In this document: piece by piece, positions 46,978 to 56,227 of the stretch
Layout of the letters: each line of letters starts with the position of its first letter
Numbering within the stretch: the first letter of the stretch is position 1
NCBI GenBank assembly: GCA_964643995.1
Contig: CAZXUJ010000002.1
Coordinates: 14,209 to 78,208 of the forward strand
Length of the DNA stretch: 64,000 bases
Source: an uncultured Candidatus Saccharibacteria bacterium
GTDB taxonomy: Bacteria > Patescibacteriota > WWE3 > UBA101185 > UBA10185
Direction: 5' to 3'
Notes under the pieces: generated by a model
Seen by the model: the letters and a program-made list of their open reading frames with translations, nothing else
What the model was told of the DNA's origin: nothing
Database searches by the model: none
Made by a program: the position numbers and the translations under genes

Positions 46978-48696
46978 CTATATAAATGCTATTTGATACA
47001 AGCCTTTAGTATGAAACCCGCGCTTTGAATAATAGGCTCGTGTGCCTACCGAGGAAATTACTGCCAACTTACTGAATCCATGGTCCTTTGCAATCTCCAT
47101 CGATCTATCTATTAACTCTGTACCCAGGCCTTGGTGTTGTGAAGAACCTTTACGTTTTTTTCCAATTTCGACACTGCGGCCATACACATGAATCTCTCTT
47201 ATAATGGCGCAATCTGCCAAGTCTGACACAAAATTGGGAACCTTCGGCAAAGAAAGACGCATAAATCCGGCCAAGGTATCATATGAATCTACAAACTCCA
47301 AAAAATATTCGCTGGAGACTGCTGTTTCATACACAGTCTCCTTTAAACATAATTCTTCACGAGTCAAAACTTTATCTTTTACTTCTCTTGAACGAATTTC
47401 AAGCAATTTCACATTGTTTGAATGCTGTTCCGCCAGTTGTCTAAAATTAGTCTTTTTATTTCCAACCACTATATCGGTTGAGGGAATGTCTCTTATAACT
47501 CGGTTTAACCTGCAATACCTGGGAGTATTCTGCAAAGCGAAGCTAACAACATCCATCAGTTCCTTTTCCGTATACGGGTTCCAAAGACCATCCTTGTGAT
47601 ATTTCATTAACTCTGCACTTTCAATTAACGAACATGGATAAATCTTTAATTCATCCGGCTTTATTGACGTATTCGTAAACAAACGTAAAAAATCTTCTTT
47701 ATCTCTTTCAGAGCTGGAACCATACAAATTTGGCATCCAATGGGCTAAGATTTTAAAACCTGCCTGACGTAGAAGATCGATAGCATGCTCTGTTTTTGCA
47801 ACGTCATGGCCACGCTTGTTTAAACGCAAGACGTTATCATCCAAACTCTGAATACCAATTTGTACTCTCGTCGCACCGAGCTTTCTAACTTTTAGAACTT
47901 CTTCCTCATTAATTTCGTCTGGCCGTGTTTCAATCACTAACCCAATACATTTGGTTTTAGAAACTTCATTTGATTTGTGAGATTCAAATAGCTCTTCCCA
48001 TGTAGCACTTTCAGATTTCAATAAACTCTGTAGGTTTTGTGTTGCCATGGATATTACCTGATTATAAGACTTATTTATGTTTTCACCGGTAATGTCCTCA
48101 AGCTTAGACTCATCGAAAGGTAGTGCAAGGTCAGGATTTATGGTCTTCGTGTCGTAAAGAGATTCAAAATCGTTCATAGCATCAAAACACCGTTTCACAA
48201 ACCAAATCTGATAAGATGTTGGGTATGACGACCAAGTCCCACCAAGGATTAAAAGCTCAAGTTTATCTGTCGGGTGCCCAGTATTCCTAAAAGCAACTAG
48301 ACGATTAAATGTCTGAAAGTATGGATCAAACTTGTTAGATAAAGCACGCTGAGCACCAGGCTCATCTGAAAGATAGCTTTTGGGCATTCTTACATCGTTG
48401 GGACAAAATATGCACTTTCCAGGGCATGGGTAGGGTTTGGTCAAAACTGTTACTGGGGTCACACCAGAAAGAGTACGTACCTTTTTCATCTGGATATTCT
48501 TTTTAAACAAGGTTTCTTCTTGAGCAGATAACTTGAGTTCTCCACTTTCAAGCGCTTTTTGATAACCAATTACGACTTCGCTTTTGGAATACATCCCACC
48601 AGTTTCCTTTGGATGTTTTTTCAAAAGTCTGTATAACTCGTCAGCCCCAAAGCTTTGGACTGAAAGCGTTTGTATGATATTAATTAAATTATTCAT
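46978..48696 (-). CDS. ELP3-like radical SAM + GNAT protein (bacterial Elongator-3 homolog / tRNA wobble-uridine modification-type)
   Basis: The radical-SAM cluster motif CPGKCIFCPN is present. A long radical-SAM core follows. The C-terminal GNAT has QHQGLGTELIDRSMEIAKDHGFSKLAVISSVGTRAYYSKRGF. The start is ambiguous among Met1 48735, Met14 48696 and Met48 48594. Confidence 0.75.
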   Translation of the reverse strand: MNNLINIIQTLSVQSFGADELYRLLKKHPKETGGMYSKSEVVIGYQKALESGELKLSAQEETLFKKNIQMKKVRTLSGVTPVTVLTKPYPCPGKCIFCPNDVRMPKSYLSDEPGAQRALSNKFDPYFQTFNRLVAFRNTGHPTDKLELLILGGTWSSYPTSYQIWFVKRCFDAMNDFESLYDTKTINPDLALPFDESKLEDITGENINKSYNQVISMATQNLQSLLKSESATWEELFESHKSNEVSKTKCIGLVIETRPDEINEEEVLKVRKLGATRVQIGIQSLDDNVLRLNKRGHDVAKTEHAIDLLRQAGFKILAHWMPNLYGSSSERDKEDFLRLFTNTSIKPDELKIYPCSLIESAELMKYHKDGLWNPYTEKELMDVVSFALQNTPRYCRLNRVIRDIPSTDIVVGNKKTNFRQLAEQHSNNVKLLEIRSREVKDKVLTREELCLKETVYETAVSSEYFLEFVDSYDTLAGFMRLSLPKVPNFVSDLADCAIIREIHVYGRSVEIGKKRKGSSQHQGLGTELIDRSMEIAKDHGFSKLAVISSVGTRAYYSKRGFHTKGLYQIAFI

Positions 48697-49399
48697 GGAT
48701 AAAGCTACTTTCAACCAAATATTAGAGCTAAACAAAGAATTTTACAAATGTGTGGCTGATGAGTTTTCTACAACCCGACAGTATCCATGGCAAGGGTGGA
48801 GCAAGGTCATAGAAACATATGAAAAGTTAAATATAAATTCTACTAAAGTACTTGATCTTGGATGCGGTAACGGCCGTTTCTATGACTTTATTAAAAACAT
48901 AGAAATGCCTTACGACTACACAGGCCTTGATGAAAACCCAAAACTACTAGAGCTTGCACGCAAAAAACACCGCAAGCAATGCTTCAAAGAATGGGATGTA
49001 ATAACAAATCTCTCCTGTGTTGAAAGTAAATACAACCTTGTAACTGCCTTTGGAGTAACACACCACATACCTAGCAGGGAATATAGAAAAGTATGGTTTC
49101 AAGACATTATCAACCTGTGTGAAGATAAATGTATGGTAGCATTTACTTTTTGGAATTTTCATTACCTAAAAGAAAAAATAATCACTGAAGTAGACAAAGC
49201 AGAACTAGATGATAATGACTATTTCCTAGGTTGGGGAGATAAAATAAACATTATGCGCTATGCACATCGGTATGACGGAAATGAGCTCATGGAAATAACA
49301 CAAATATTCAAAAAATCAGGGTTCCAAGAGCCAGTAAAGTACAACTCAGATGGCCGTAACAAGCTACTAAATCACTATATGTTATACCATAGACCTTGA
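48695..49399 (+). CDS. class I SAM-dependent methyltransferase
   Basis: Motif I VLDLGCGNGR is present. The start is placed at MDKATF; the longer ORF from 48584 overlaps the ELP3-like gene. Confidence 0.6.
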   Translation: MDKATFNQILELNKEFYKCVADEFSTTRQYPWQGWSKVIETYEKLNINSTKVLDLGCGNGRFYDFIKNIEMPYDYTGLDENPKLLELARKKHRKQCFKEWDVITNLSCVESKYNLVTAFGVTHHIPSREYRKVWFQDIINLCEDKCMVAFTFWNFHYLKEKIITEVDKAELDDNDYFLGWGDKINIMRYAHRYDGNELMEITQIFKKSGFQEPVKYNSDGRNKLLNHYMLYHRP

Positions 49400-49403
49400 C
49401 TCT

Positions 49404-50120
49404 TTGTATACTATGGGATATAATGTTCCGATTATGAATTTTGGAACACTTAACACCAATATAATAGATATAGCTTTATACATGGCACTTTTTATGGTGT
49501 TAGTGTTAGGTATTGCTATGATTCTAAAACTTACAGCAAACCATCAAAAACTCGAACAACTAAAGCTTAAAAAAATGCAAAATAAACAGTTACTTGAGTT
49601 CATATGCCATGCTTTTGATAAGATAGACACACATATGGCTAACCTGCTTAACGATATGGATGTTGTGCATATGTACAACATTACACATATCAAGCAGTTA
49701 GAAACTACTCTCAAATATGCAGAGACCTTAAATGAATACATAGATAACCTCGAGGATAATGCTCTCAAAGAGGTAGTGTTAAAAAACTTAAGTCAATGTA
49801 ATCAACTTGCGCAGGATATAGCACTGATAGAAAAGTCCGCCTACGAAACTAGAGGTAAACATCAAGAAATAGTTAAAGCTCTAAATCGAAATTATCGTAT
49901 TGAAACGATCGACGATAGGGACTATATAGAGAGCTTGAACAACGCAAATGCAAATGTAAAAAGCTTACTAAGAAGCTATAGTGACATGCGTGAAAGAGTA
50001 TATGAAAACTTAAAACTATACTTAAATGATACGGGGGAACTAAAACAACAAATAATGTTCTATAAGCACAAAGCTGTTGAACAAAAAAGATTCTACCCTA
50101 GATACGTAGCATTTATCTAG
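49404..50120 (+). CDS. membrane-anchored coiled-coil protein, function unknown
   Basis: An N-terminal TM helix (IALYMALFMVLVLGIAMIL) is followed by heptad-rich charged sequence. 238 aa. Confidence 0.4.
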   Translation: MYTMGYNVPIMNFGTLNTNIIDIALYMALFMVLVLGIAMILKLTANHQKLEQLKLKKMQNKQLLEFICHAFDKIDTHMANLLNDMDVVHMYNITHIKQLETTLKYAETLNEYIDNLEDNALKEVVLKNLSQCNQLAQDIALIEKSAYETRGKHQEIVKALNRNYRIETIDDRDYIESLNNANANVKSLLRSYSDMRERVYENLKLYLNDTGELKQQIMFYKHKAVEQKRFYPRYVAFI

Positions 50121-50122
50121 TA

Positions 50123-52393
50123 CTATGGAGATACTTTCCATATAATATCCGTTTGCATTATTCCTGAATCCTCAGTGATTTCAGTCATATAAAATGAGCT
50201 GTATCTAACCAGAACAGCTGGATACAAAGCATTATGTAATCCCAAATTACGTCGCAATTCAATGTTCACTAACTGGGTATCTTGAGAACCCGCTACTAGA
50301 GGACCCTCCAGAATAATCACTTTATCAATAGTAGCTGGATTAGAACCATCATATGAGCTTAAAAATGTAATTGTACGGCTAGCTATTATTGAAGCCTCTA
50401 TATGTGCTCGCATATCAACCAAATTGGTAATAGATGAAACATTTGCGCCAATATCTGCTGAAAACGTAACCTCCGGCTGTACTATGAAAAGCACTCTTTT
50501 ATCAGAGGAGGCACTTGTGAAGGAGTTTGTGAAGTTTAACGCGGTAGAATCACTGCTGGTTACATAAACAACAGCGATACCTTCACCACCAGACATGTTG
50601 TATGGGGTACTTCTTTGGACAAAGGTGTTCGCAATATTTACAGGTACAACATAAACACCCCCGCTATAAAAAATATTAGGATCATCAAACTCAGCTACAT
50701 CACTTATCGAAATAGCAGTTGAAGGTGGTGTAAAACTAAAATCAGACTGCCAGAAATCACCAGAAAATCTGGATATGTATTTGCCACTTTCCACAAGACG
50801 TCCGTCCGGAACATTTATATTGTCACCGAAAACTGCCGCAGAGGCACCAAAACGGTTAGAAGATAAATAAGGCAGCAACCCTCCAGAGACAGTAGGTGGG
50901 ACATTAGCCTCTATAAATTTCCCGTATACATCACCGTTCAAACTCGCAAACCATCCTTCGTCAAACGGATTGTTTAGAACATACCCAAAGTTGTGGTTGA
51001 TCAAATTCGTATGTACTCCGACCGAAATTTCGGCCAAATTTGGTTGATAGGCATATACTCCTCCAACTTGTATACATGCCGCATCATAACTAACACCGGC
51101 ATTGGCAAGAATAGTATCACGGTGAGGAACAGCATTAGGCAAAACTTTTACAACACCCGCGTCACCAGGAACATTATTAACTACATATCTAGATTGAGAT
51201 TGGTTCACGGAACCAGCTTGATTGTACCCATAAGTCGTCGTGAACTGTGCAGTCATAGAAGTTGTATTGGCATTCTGGTTAAGATTGCCAACAAACAAGC
51301 ATTCATTAGCATCAGTCAAAGACACTTCTTGCAACTGACCTGAGATGGAATAGGGAGTACACGAAGCAGCATTAAAGTTAGGCGGGGACATCGAGACTTG
51401 ACCGGAAGAACCCCCTCCAGAGGCAATTGCTTCTACAGTCCATGTGGCATACGCTCCTGCTCGAAATGGCTTTACAAGGTAATTTATTGGCAGAACAACT
51501 GTACAACTTGTTGGGGAAGTACAAGAAGGGGAATTGCTTGAAACTGTAATAAACCAATCATTACCAGAATTGGAGGTGTTCCAAACACCATCATTGTAAT
51601 CAATACGAAGTATATACATTTCAGCACCAATGGCTTTAGACCACGAAAAAACACCCTGATTATAAATATCGGATCCGGATACAATACAGGATGAGGCAAC
51701 ACTTAAAGCACTTGGAATACCCAATGAAATCAGCGAAAAGTTACATCTATAACTTGCACCTCCCCCTTGGGACTGGGCACAACTATTGTTTAAATCCCAA
51801 GTCTGACAAACATAGCCGTTAGTCGAACCAAGCGGGGTATCACCACCACCACAAGATGAATGGCGGTTGGTATAAGTCATATTGCTCGCATTAGGCTGAT
51901 ATGTAGTTGTTGCAGGACCATAAAAACCCATAGGCAGGTTAGCATTATCAACTGATACAGAGTAACTGTTAGAAGACTCCTCTACAAAGGTATCGTTGGT
52001 AAAAAATCCGTTGTAGTTAGTGTATTCGACGGTGCAGTCCCCAATGGAATTACAAATATCCACTGGAACATTGCTGATTCCCAGTCCTGTAGATGCATCA
52101 GAAACGTAACCACCAATATCCATGTACGTGGCCGGTGAAGGTGGGGGAGGGGGTGTTCCACAACAACAACTGGTAGCCGGATCGCAGTTTACGCTTGGAT
52201 CACAACAGAAATGACAAGCTTGATTACCTGTAGTACACCAGGCACAAGTATCATTAACACAATTTAATGAGGCATCTTCTCCACAAGCATGGCTACAGTA
52301 ACCATGTGAGGCATATGATACCCGACCAAAAATGACTGCACTTATCAATATAGCTACGCTCATGGGAATTGTTTTTATTTTAGTTCTCAGCAT
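50123..52393 (-). CDS. large secreted Cys-rich/Ser-Thr-Asn-rich surface protein (~756 aa)
   Basis: Signal peptide MLRTKIKTIPMSVAILISAVIFGRVSYA. A Cys-dense module follows: CSHACGEDASLNCVNDTCAWCTTGNQACHFCCDPSVNCDPATSCCCG. Then comes a PPPPPSP linker and ~650 aa of low-complexity G/S/T/N/Y-rich sequence. GC is elevated. Confidence 0.5.
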   Translation of the reverse strand: MLRTKIKTIPMSVAILISAVIFGRVSYASHGYCSHACGEDASLNCVNDTCAWCTTGNQACHFCCDPSVNCDPATSCCCGTPPPPPSPATYMDIGGYVSDASTGLGISNVPVDICNSIGDCTVEYTNYNGFFTNDTFVEESSNSYSVSVDNANLPMGFYGPATTTYQPNASNMTYTNRHSSCGGGDTPLGSTNGYVCQTWDLNNSCAQSQGGGASYRCNFSLISLGIPSALSVASSCIVSGSDIYNQGVFSWSKAIGAEMYILRIDYNDGVWNTSNSGNDWFITVSSNSPSCTSPTSCTVVLPINYLVKPFRAGAYATWTVEAIASGGGSSGQVSMSPPNFNAASCTPYSISGQLQEVSLTDANECLFVGNLNQNANTTSMTAQFTTTYGYNQAGSVNQSQSRYVVNNVPGDAGVVKVLPNAVPHRDTILANAGVSYDAACIQVGGVYAYQPNLAEISVGVHTNLINHNFGYVLNNPFDEGWFASLNGDVYGKFIEANVPPTVSGGLLPYLSSNRFGASAAVFGDNINVPDGRLVESGKYISRFSGDFWQSDFSFTPPSTAISISDVAEFDDPNIFYSGGVYVVPVNIANTFVQRSTPYNMSGGEGIAVVYVTSSDSTALNFTNSFTSASSDKRVLFIVQPEVTFSADIGANVSSITNLVDMRAHIEASIIASRTITFLSSYDGSNPATIDKVIILEGPLVAGSQDTQLVNIELRRNLGLHNALYPAVLVRYSSFYMTEITEDSGIMQTDIIWKVSP

Positions 52394-52907
52394 CTGATGC
52401 CTCCGGTAATGCAAAACCAAAGGATTGGGCTATAAGTGCGCCATCTTCGTTCATGAGTGCAATGATATGGACATATTTACCAACAAAAGGAGTAAGAGAC
52501 TTGCTATCAAAACCTGCAATAGCGTCCTTAGCAGGACCAAACAGTTCAAGGGTCCTAAAAGTATAGGAAACTTTTAGAACTTCGGAACCGGGTGGATAGT
52601 CTAGCGTTAAAACATTATTCTCGCTGCTTAACAGGGTACCCCTAAGATCAAATTCATGTGTAGTATCAGAAAGTCGCCTGTAGGACTTAACACCAGAACC
52701 ATTGGCATATTTATACAACTCGTAAAGTAACTGGGCTTTTTGTGAAGGCGAGGTAATCAACTCAAACTCTTCGTTTGGCTTAGTTACCTTATGTGGAATA
52801 TCATTACGAGTCAGAATCAAACTGATCACAATCCCCATGGATACGATTGAAAAAGACAATAACAACCAATATAAAATACTTTGCTTTTTAGTCATGAGAG
52901 TAGGCAA
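52380..52907 (-). CDS. membrane-anchored hypothetical protein (175 aa), upstream of and overlapping the large surface-protein gene
   Basis: N-terminal TM helix SILYWLLLSFSIVSMGIVISLIL. It overlaps the start of gene 50123-52393, which suggests translational coupling. Confidence 0.4.
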   Translation of the reverse strand: MPTLMTKKQSILYWLLLSFSIVSMGIVISLILTRNDIPHKVTKPNEEFELITSPSQKAQLLYELYKYANGSGVKSYRRLSDTTHEFDLRGTLLSSENNVLTLDYPPGSEVLKVSYTFRTLELFGPAKDAIAGFDSKSLTPFVGKYVHIIALMNEDGALIAQSFGFALPEASDAEN

Positions 52908-52909
52908 TA

Positions 52910-53266
52910 TTGCTACAAAAATTCTGTCACGACATTAAGTCATTTGCAAGCTATGGCGAGTGTAATACAATTACTCATATGAAGAAATTCATCCCTTTGG
53001 GGTTTTTATTTAATTTAATTTTGGTTGTGATAGCGTTTAACTTTTGGGGACTGATCCTGATAATGGTTTTTGCTATAGGTATTTATAAGTTAGTTACATC
53101 TAAATTTGCCGGTAAAAGTGAGCTTGCAGAAAAGTTAATGTTCGGATCAGCATTTATCGTGGGCGTATTCGCTATTCACAATATATTTAATGATGTAGGT
53201 ATAACTTTTATTGCAGGACTGATCGAAGCAGTTTTCTTCTTTATTTTCTCCAGTTTTAAGACTTAG
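52910..53266 (+). CDS. small 3-TM membrane protein (118 aa)
   Basis: Three hydrophobic helices. It ends 3 nt before the histidine-kinase start. Confidence 0.4.
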   Translation: MLQKFCHDIKSFASYGECNTITHMKKFIPLGFLFNLILVVIAFNFWGLILIMVFAIGIYKLVTSKFAGKSELAEKLMFGSAFIVGVFAIHNIFNDVGITFIAGLIEAVFFFIFSSFKT

Positions 53267-53269
53267 CAC

Positions 53270-54814
53270 ATGGGCCGAAAAGAACTTTTATATTTACTAC
53301 TAGGGACCATCAATATTATAGGTATGGTGTTTCTGATCATAATACTTGACTCAAGTATGACGTTACTTGTAGCCGCAGCTGGAGTTTTTTTGGAGATGTT
53401 CACTACGTATAGAGTTATCAAGATTCAGGATTCCAAAATCACGAAACCATTGAATTTACTTGATACGGGTATAGAGAAATATCTAGAAACTGGCGAATTA
53501 AATATAGACTCAGACAAATTTCCAAAAGAATATTTAAAGGTAACAGAACAAATTCAAAGATTAGCACAAGCACTGGAAAACTTCAGAGAACAAGATGAAA
53601 AGATTAAAGCAGGAAGTAGTACTGAGATTACTACACTACAAAGAGAGTTGGAGGTCCAAAAGCAGGCTACATTTACAGTGTTGAGGGAAATACAGGAGGA
53701 AAAGGAATTTTCACAGAAACAGGCTAAAGAATTGGAAAAGTTTCAGCTCGCCGTAAAGGAAGCATCAGATCACATTGTTATCACCGATGCAGAGGGCTAT
53801 GTCCTTTATACAAATCCATCAGGAAAGATTATCACCGGATACACCGAAGACGAAATAGTCCACACAAAGGCAGGAAAAGTCTGGGGAGACTTAATGGATA
53901 AGGCATATTATTCCGAAATGTGGAAAACAATTAAGGAAGAAAAAAAAGTTTTCAAAAGTGAAATTACAAACAAAAGAAGAGATGGATCCACATATATAGC
54001 AGAAATCAGTATATCGCCAGTGCTTGACGAAAACAAAGATGTTTTATTTTTCGTCTCTATACAAAGAGATATAACGAAAGCTAAAGAAGTAGACCGTATG
54101 AAAACCGAGTTTATTTCACTTGCATCACACCAACTTAGGGCACCTTTAGCGGCAATAAGATGGGGCTTGGAGTCGTTGCTAGACGGAATAGCAGGCACAC
54201 TAACTGAAAACCAAAAACTTTATACAAAAGATGCCTACGATTCTACAACGCGAATGGTTGATTTAGTGGGAGGGCTGCTAAATGTTTCACGAATAGAATC
54301 CGGAAGATTAGTAGTAGAACCTGTGATGACCGATGTAAAAGCATTGGTCGAAAGTGTAATAAAAGAAGTCACAGTGCTAGCAAAAGAAAAGAATCACAAC
54401 ATAAGCTTTAGAGCCCAGGAAGGTATACCCCAGATTAAACTTGACCCTAAACTAATACGTAATGTGTATTTGAACTTTTTAACCAACGCCATTAAGTACA
54501 CACCAAGCAATGGAATAATTGAGGTTGAGATAATGACTGACCAAGGTAACCTAGTATCACGTGTTAAGGACAATGGACTTGGGATTCCCAAAAAAGATCA
54601 AGAAAAGATTTTCAACAAGTTTTTCAGAGCAGATAATGTTAGGCGAGTGGACACTGATGGCACCGGGTTGGGATTATATCTTGTAAAAGCAATTATAGAA
54701 AATTCCGAAGGACATGTTTGGTTTGAAAGTGAAGAAAATAAAGGAACAACGTTCTTTTTTACCTTACCACTTAGCGGTATGATACACAAAGAAGGCCAAG
54801 TCAGTTTAGAGTAG
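53270..54814 (+). CDS. PAS-domain sensor histidine kinase (orphan; no response regulator adjacent)
   Basis: N-terminal TM helices, a coiled coil and a PAS-like region (VITDAEGYVLYTNPSGKIITGYTEDE). The HisKA H-box is LASHQLRAPLAAI. HATPase_c has the N-box LNFLTNAIKYT and G-boxes DNGLGIP and GTGLGLYLVKAII. Confidence 0.8.
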   Translation: MGRKELLYLLLGTINIIGMVFLIIILDSSMTLLVAAAGVFLEMFTTYRVIKIQDSKITKPLNLLDTGIEKYLETGELNIDSDKFPKEYLKVTEQIQRLAQALENFREQDEKIKAGSSTEITTLQRELEVQKQATFTVLREIQEEKEFSQKQAKELEKFQLAVKEASDHIVITDAEGYVLYTNPSGKIITGYTEDEIVHTKAGKVWGDLMDKAYYSEMWKTIKEEKKVFKSEITNKRRDGSTYIAEISISPVLDENKDVLFFVSIQRDITKAKEVDRMKTEFISLASHQLRAPLAAIRWGLESLLDGIAGTLTENQKLYTKDAYDSTTRMVDLVGGLLNVSRIESGRLVVEPVMTDVKALVESVIKEVTVLAKEKNHNISFRAQEGIPQIKLDPKLIRNVYLNFLTNAIKYTPSNGIIEVEIMTDQGNLVSRVKDNGLGIPKKDQEKIFNKFFRADNVRRVDTDGTGLGLYLVKAIIENSEGHVWFESEENKGTTFFFTLPLSGMIHKEGQVSLE

Positions 54815-55250
54815 GTTCTATATCTTCGGGTGTTTTAAAATAAACATAGAAAACTACTCCCATTATAAGGACTATAAATTCAACCGAAGTACACCAAACA
54901 CAAAAAGATTTAATGACGAAAAACTGTATCATGGTCATAACAGATTCAAACAACACACCAAAAATTATTGCTAAACCCAACAACTTATCAAGCAACTTAG
55001 CAGCTAGCAAACGTTCAAGACGTAATATCTGTAGTACCAAAAGTGACATAAAGTAAAGAGTCCCAAGTAACGGTAGTTTAATACCTAAAATCGTTGAATA
55101 TTGACTATTGCGCACAATTTCACAGGAATTCACATCATTTCCAAGGCATGTCATTGGTTGGGGAAGGCTGTATTGATAGGCTAAATACAATGACACTGAC
55201 AGGCCACAAATAGTTATAAAAATTAAAGCTAAGTTGTATTTTTGCTTCAT
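54801..55250 (-). CDS. vitamin K epoxide reductase (VKOR) family protein
   Basis: 149 aa, 4 TM helices. The loop Cys pair is MTCLGNDVNSC, followed by YSTILGIKLPLLG. The CxxC active site CVWC lies in the last TM helix. Confidence 0.6.
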   Translation of the reverse strand: MKQKYNLALIFITICGLSVSLYLAYQYSLPQPMTCLGNDVNSCEIVRNSQYSTILGIKLPLLGTLYFMSLLVLQILRLERLLAAKLLDKLLGLAIIFGVLFESVMTMIQFFVIKSFCVWCTSVEFIVLIMGVVFYVYFKTPEDIEPTLN

Positions 55251-55282
55251 ATTGCTTTACTAGAATAACACAAATACAAGAC

Positions 55283-56179
55283 TTACTTGGAAAGCTTTGA
55301 ACGCACTAACCCTAAAACAGTTATTGCCCTAAGGATCGGAAACGTAAGGTAACTAGGGTATTTTTGTGCATAGTGCTTTTTGTAAAACATCCGCATTGCC
55401 TCTACTGTAGCCAGTTTCATACGTCTTCTGGTTTCCAAGGAACTATTTGAGGCTGTTTTAATATCTGCACTAGTTTTGCGCCCTACACCAGCACCTTTAT
55501 AGTGTAAAACCTCAAGGTGTCCAAGATACATAATTTTCCAACCATTCTGTTTGGCACGATAACAAAAGTCTACATCCTCACCAAAAACGAAAAAATCCTC
55601 GTCCCAGCACCCAATGTCTTCATACACCTGCTTACTTACCAACATAAAATGACTAATACAAAGGTCTATTTCATGATCGGTGTACAAGTCGAGCCACCCC
55701 ATAAAGTACTGGTTTAATAGTTTTGATTTAGAGAACAATTTACTGATTTTCGTAAAGTGTGTTAGCGCTGCCCAAGGTGTTGGAAAACCTCTATGGGCAT
55801 CCATATCAGGTGCTCCTGAACGAGTAACCAAACGGGCAGTTACGATACCAACACCTGGGAATCTTTCAAGATAAAGCATAAGTTCCTTTATTACGTAGGG
55901 TTTTGGATAAGCATCTGTGCCTAAATGCAAGATGTATTTCCCTGAAGCATGTTTAAGTGCCAAATTGTTAGCGTGCGCAATTCCTTTGTTCTCATTTTTT
56001 ATAAGTAATATGCGAGGATCATCAGAAAACTCATCTTCAACCATAGCTGCAGAGCCATCAGTTGAACCATTATCAACAACTATAACTTCATAATTTTGAA
56101 CAGTTCCGGTGAGATTGTTTATACAATCGCGTAGCAAATTTACGGTATTGTAATTAACAATGATGATAGAAAGTTTCAT
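55283..56179 (-). CDS. family 2 glycosyltransferase
   Basis: LSIIIVNYN...VVDNGSTDGS and a DxD-like GTDAY are present. 298 aa. Confidence 0.75.
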   Translation of the reverse strand: MKLSIIIVNYNTVNLLRDCINNLTGTVQNYEVIVVDNGSTDGSAAMVEDEFSDDPRILLIKNENKGIAHANNLALKHASGKYILHLGTDAYPKPYVIKELMLYLERFPGVGIVTARLVTRSGAPDMDAHRGFPTPWAALTHFTKISKLFSKSKLLNQYFMGWLDLYTDHEIDLCISHFMLVSKQVYEDIGCWDEDFFVFGEDVDFCYRAKQNGWKIMYLGHLEVLHYKGAGVGRKTSADIKTASNSSLETRRRMKLATVEAMRMFYKKHYAQKYPSYLTFPILRAITVLGLVRSKLSK

Positions 56180-56227
56180 TTAGTACATTCTATCAAATTA
56201 GTTAAAAGACTATGATATAAATAACCA

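Noticed and set aside
50993-51702. plus- and minus-strand ORFs 50993-51343 and 51484-51702 inside the large surface-protein gene
   Set aside because: They are shadows within low-complexity coding sequence.
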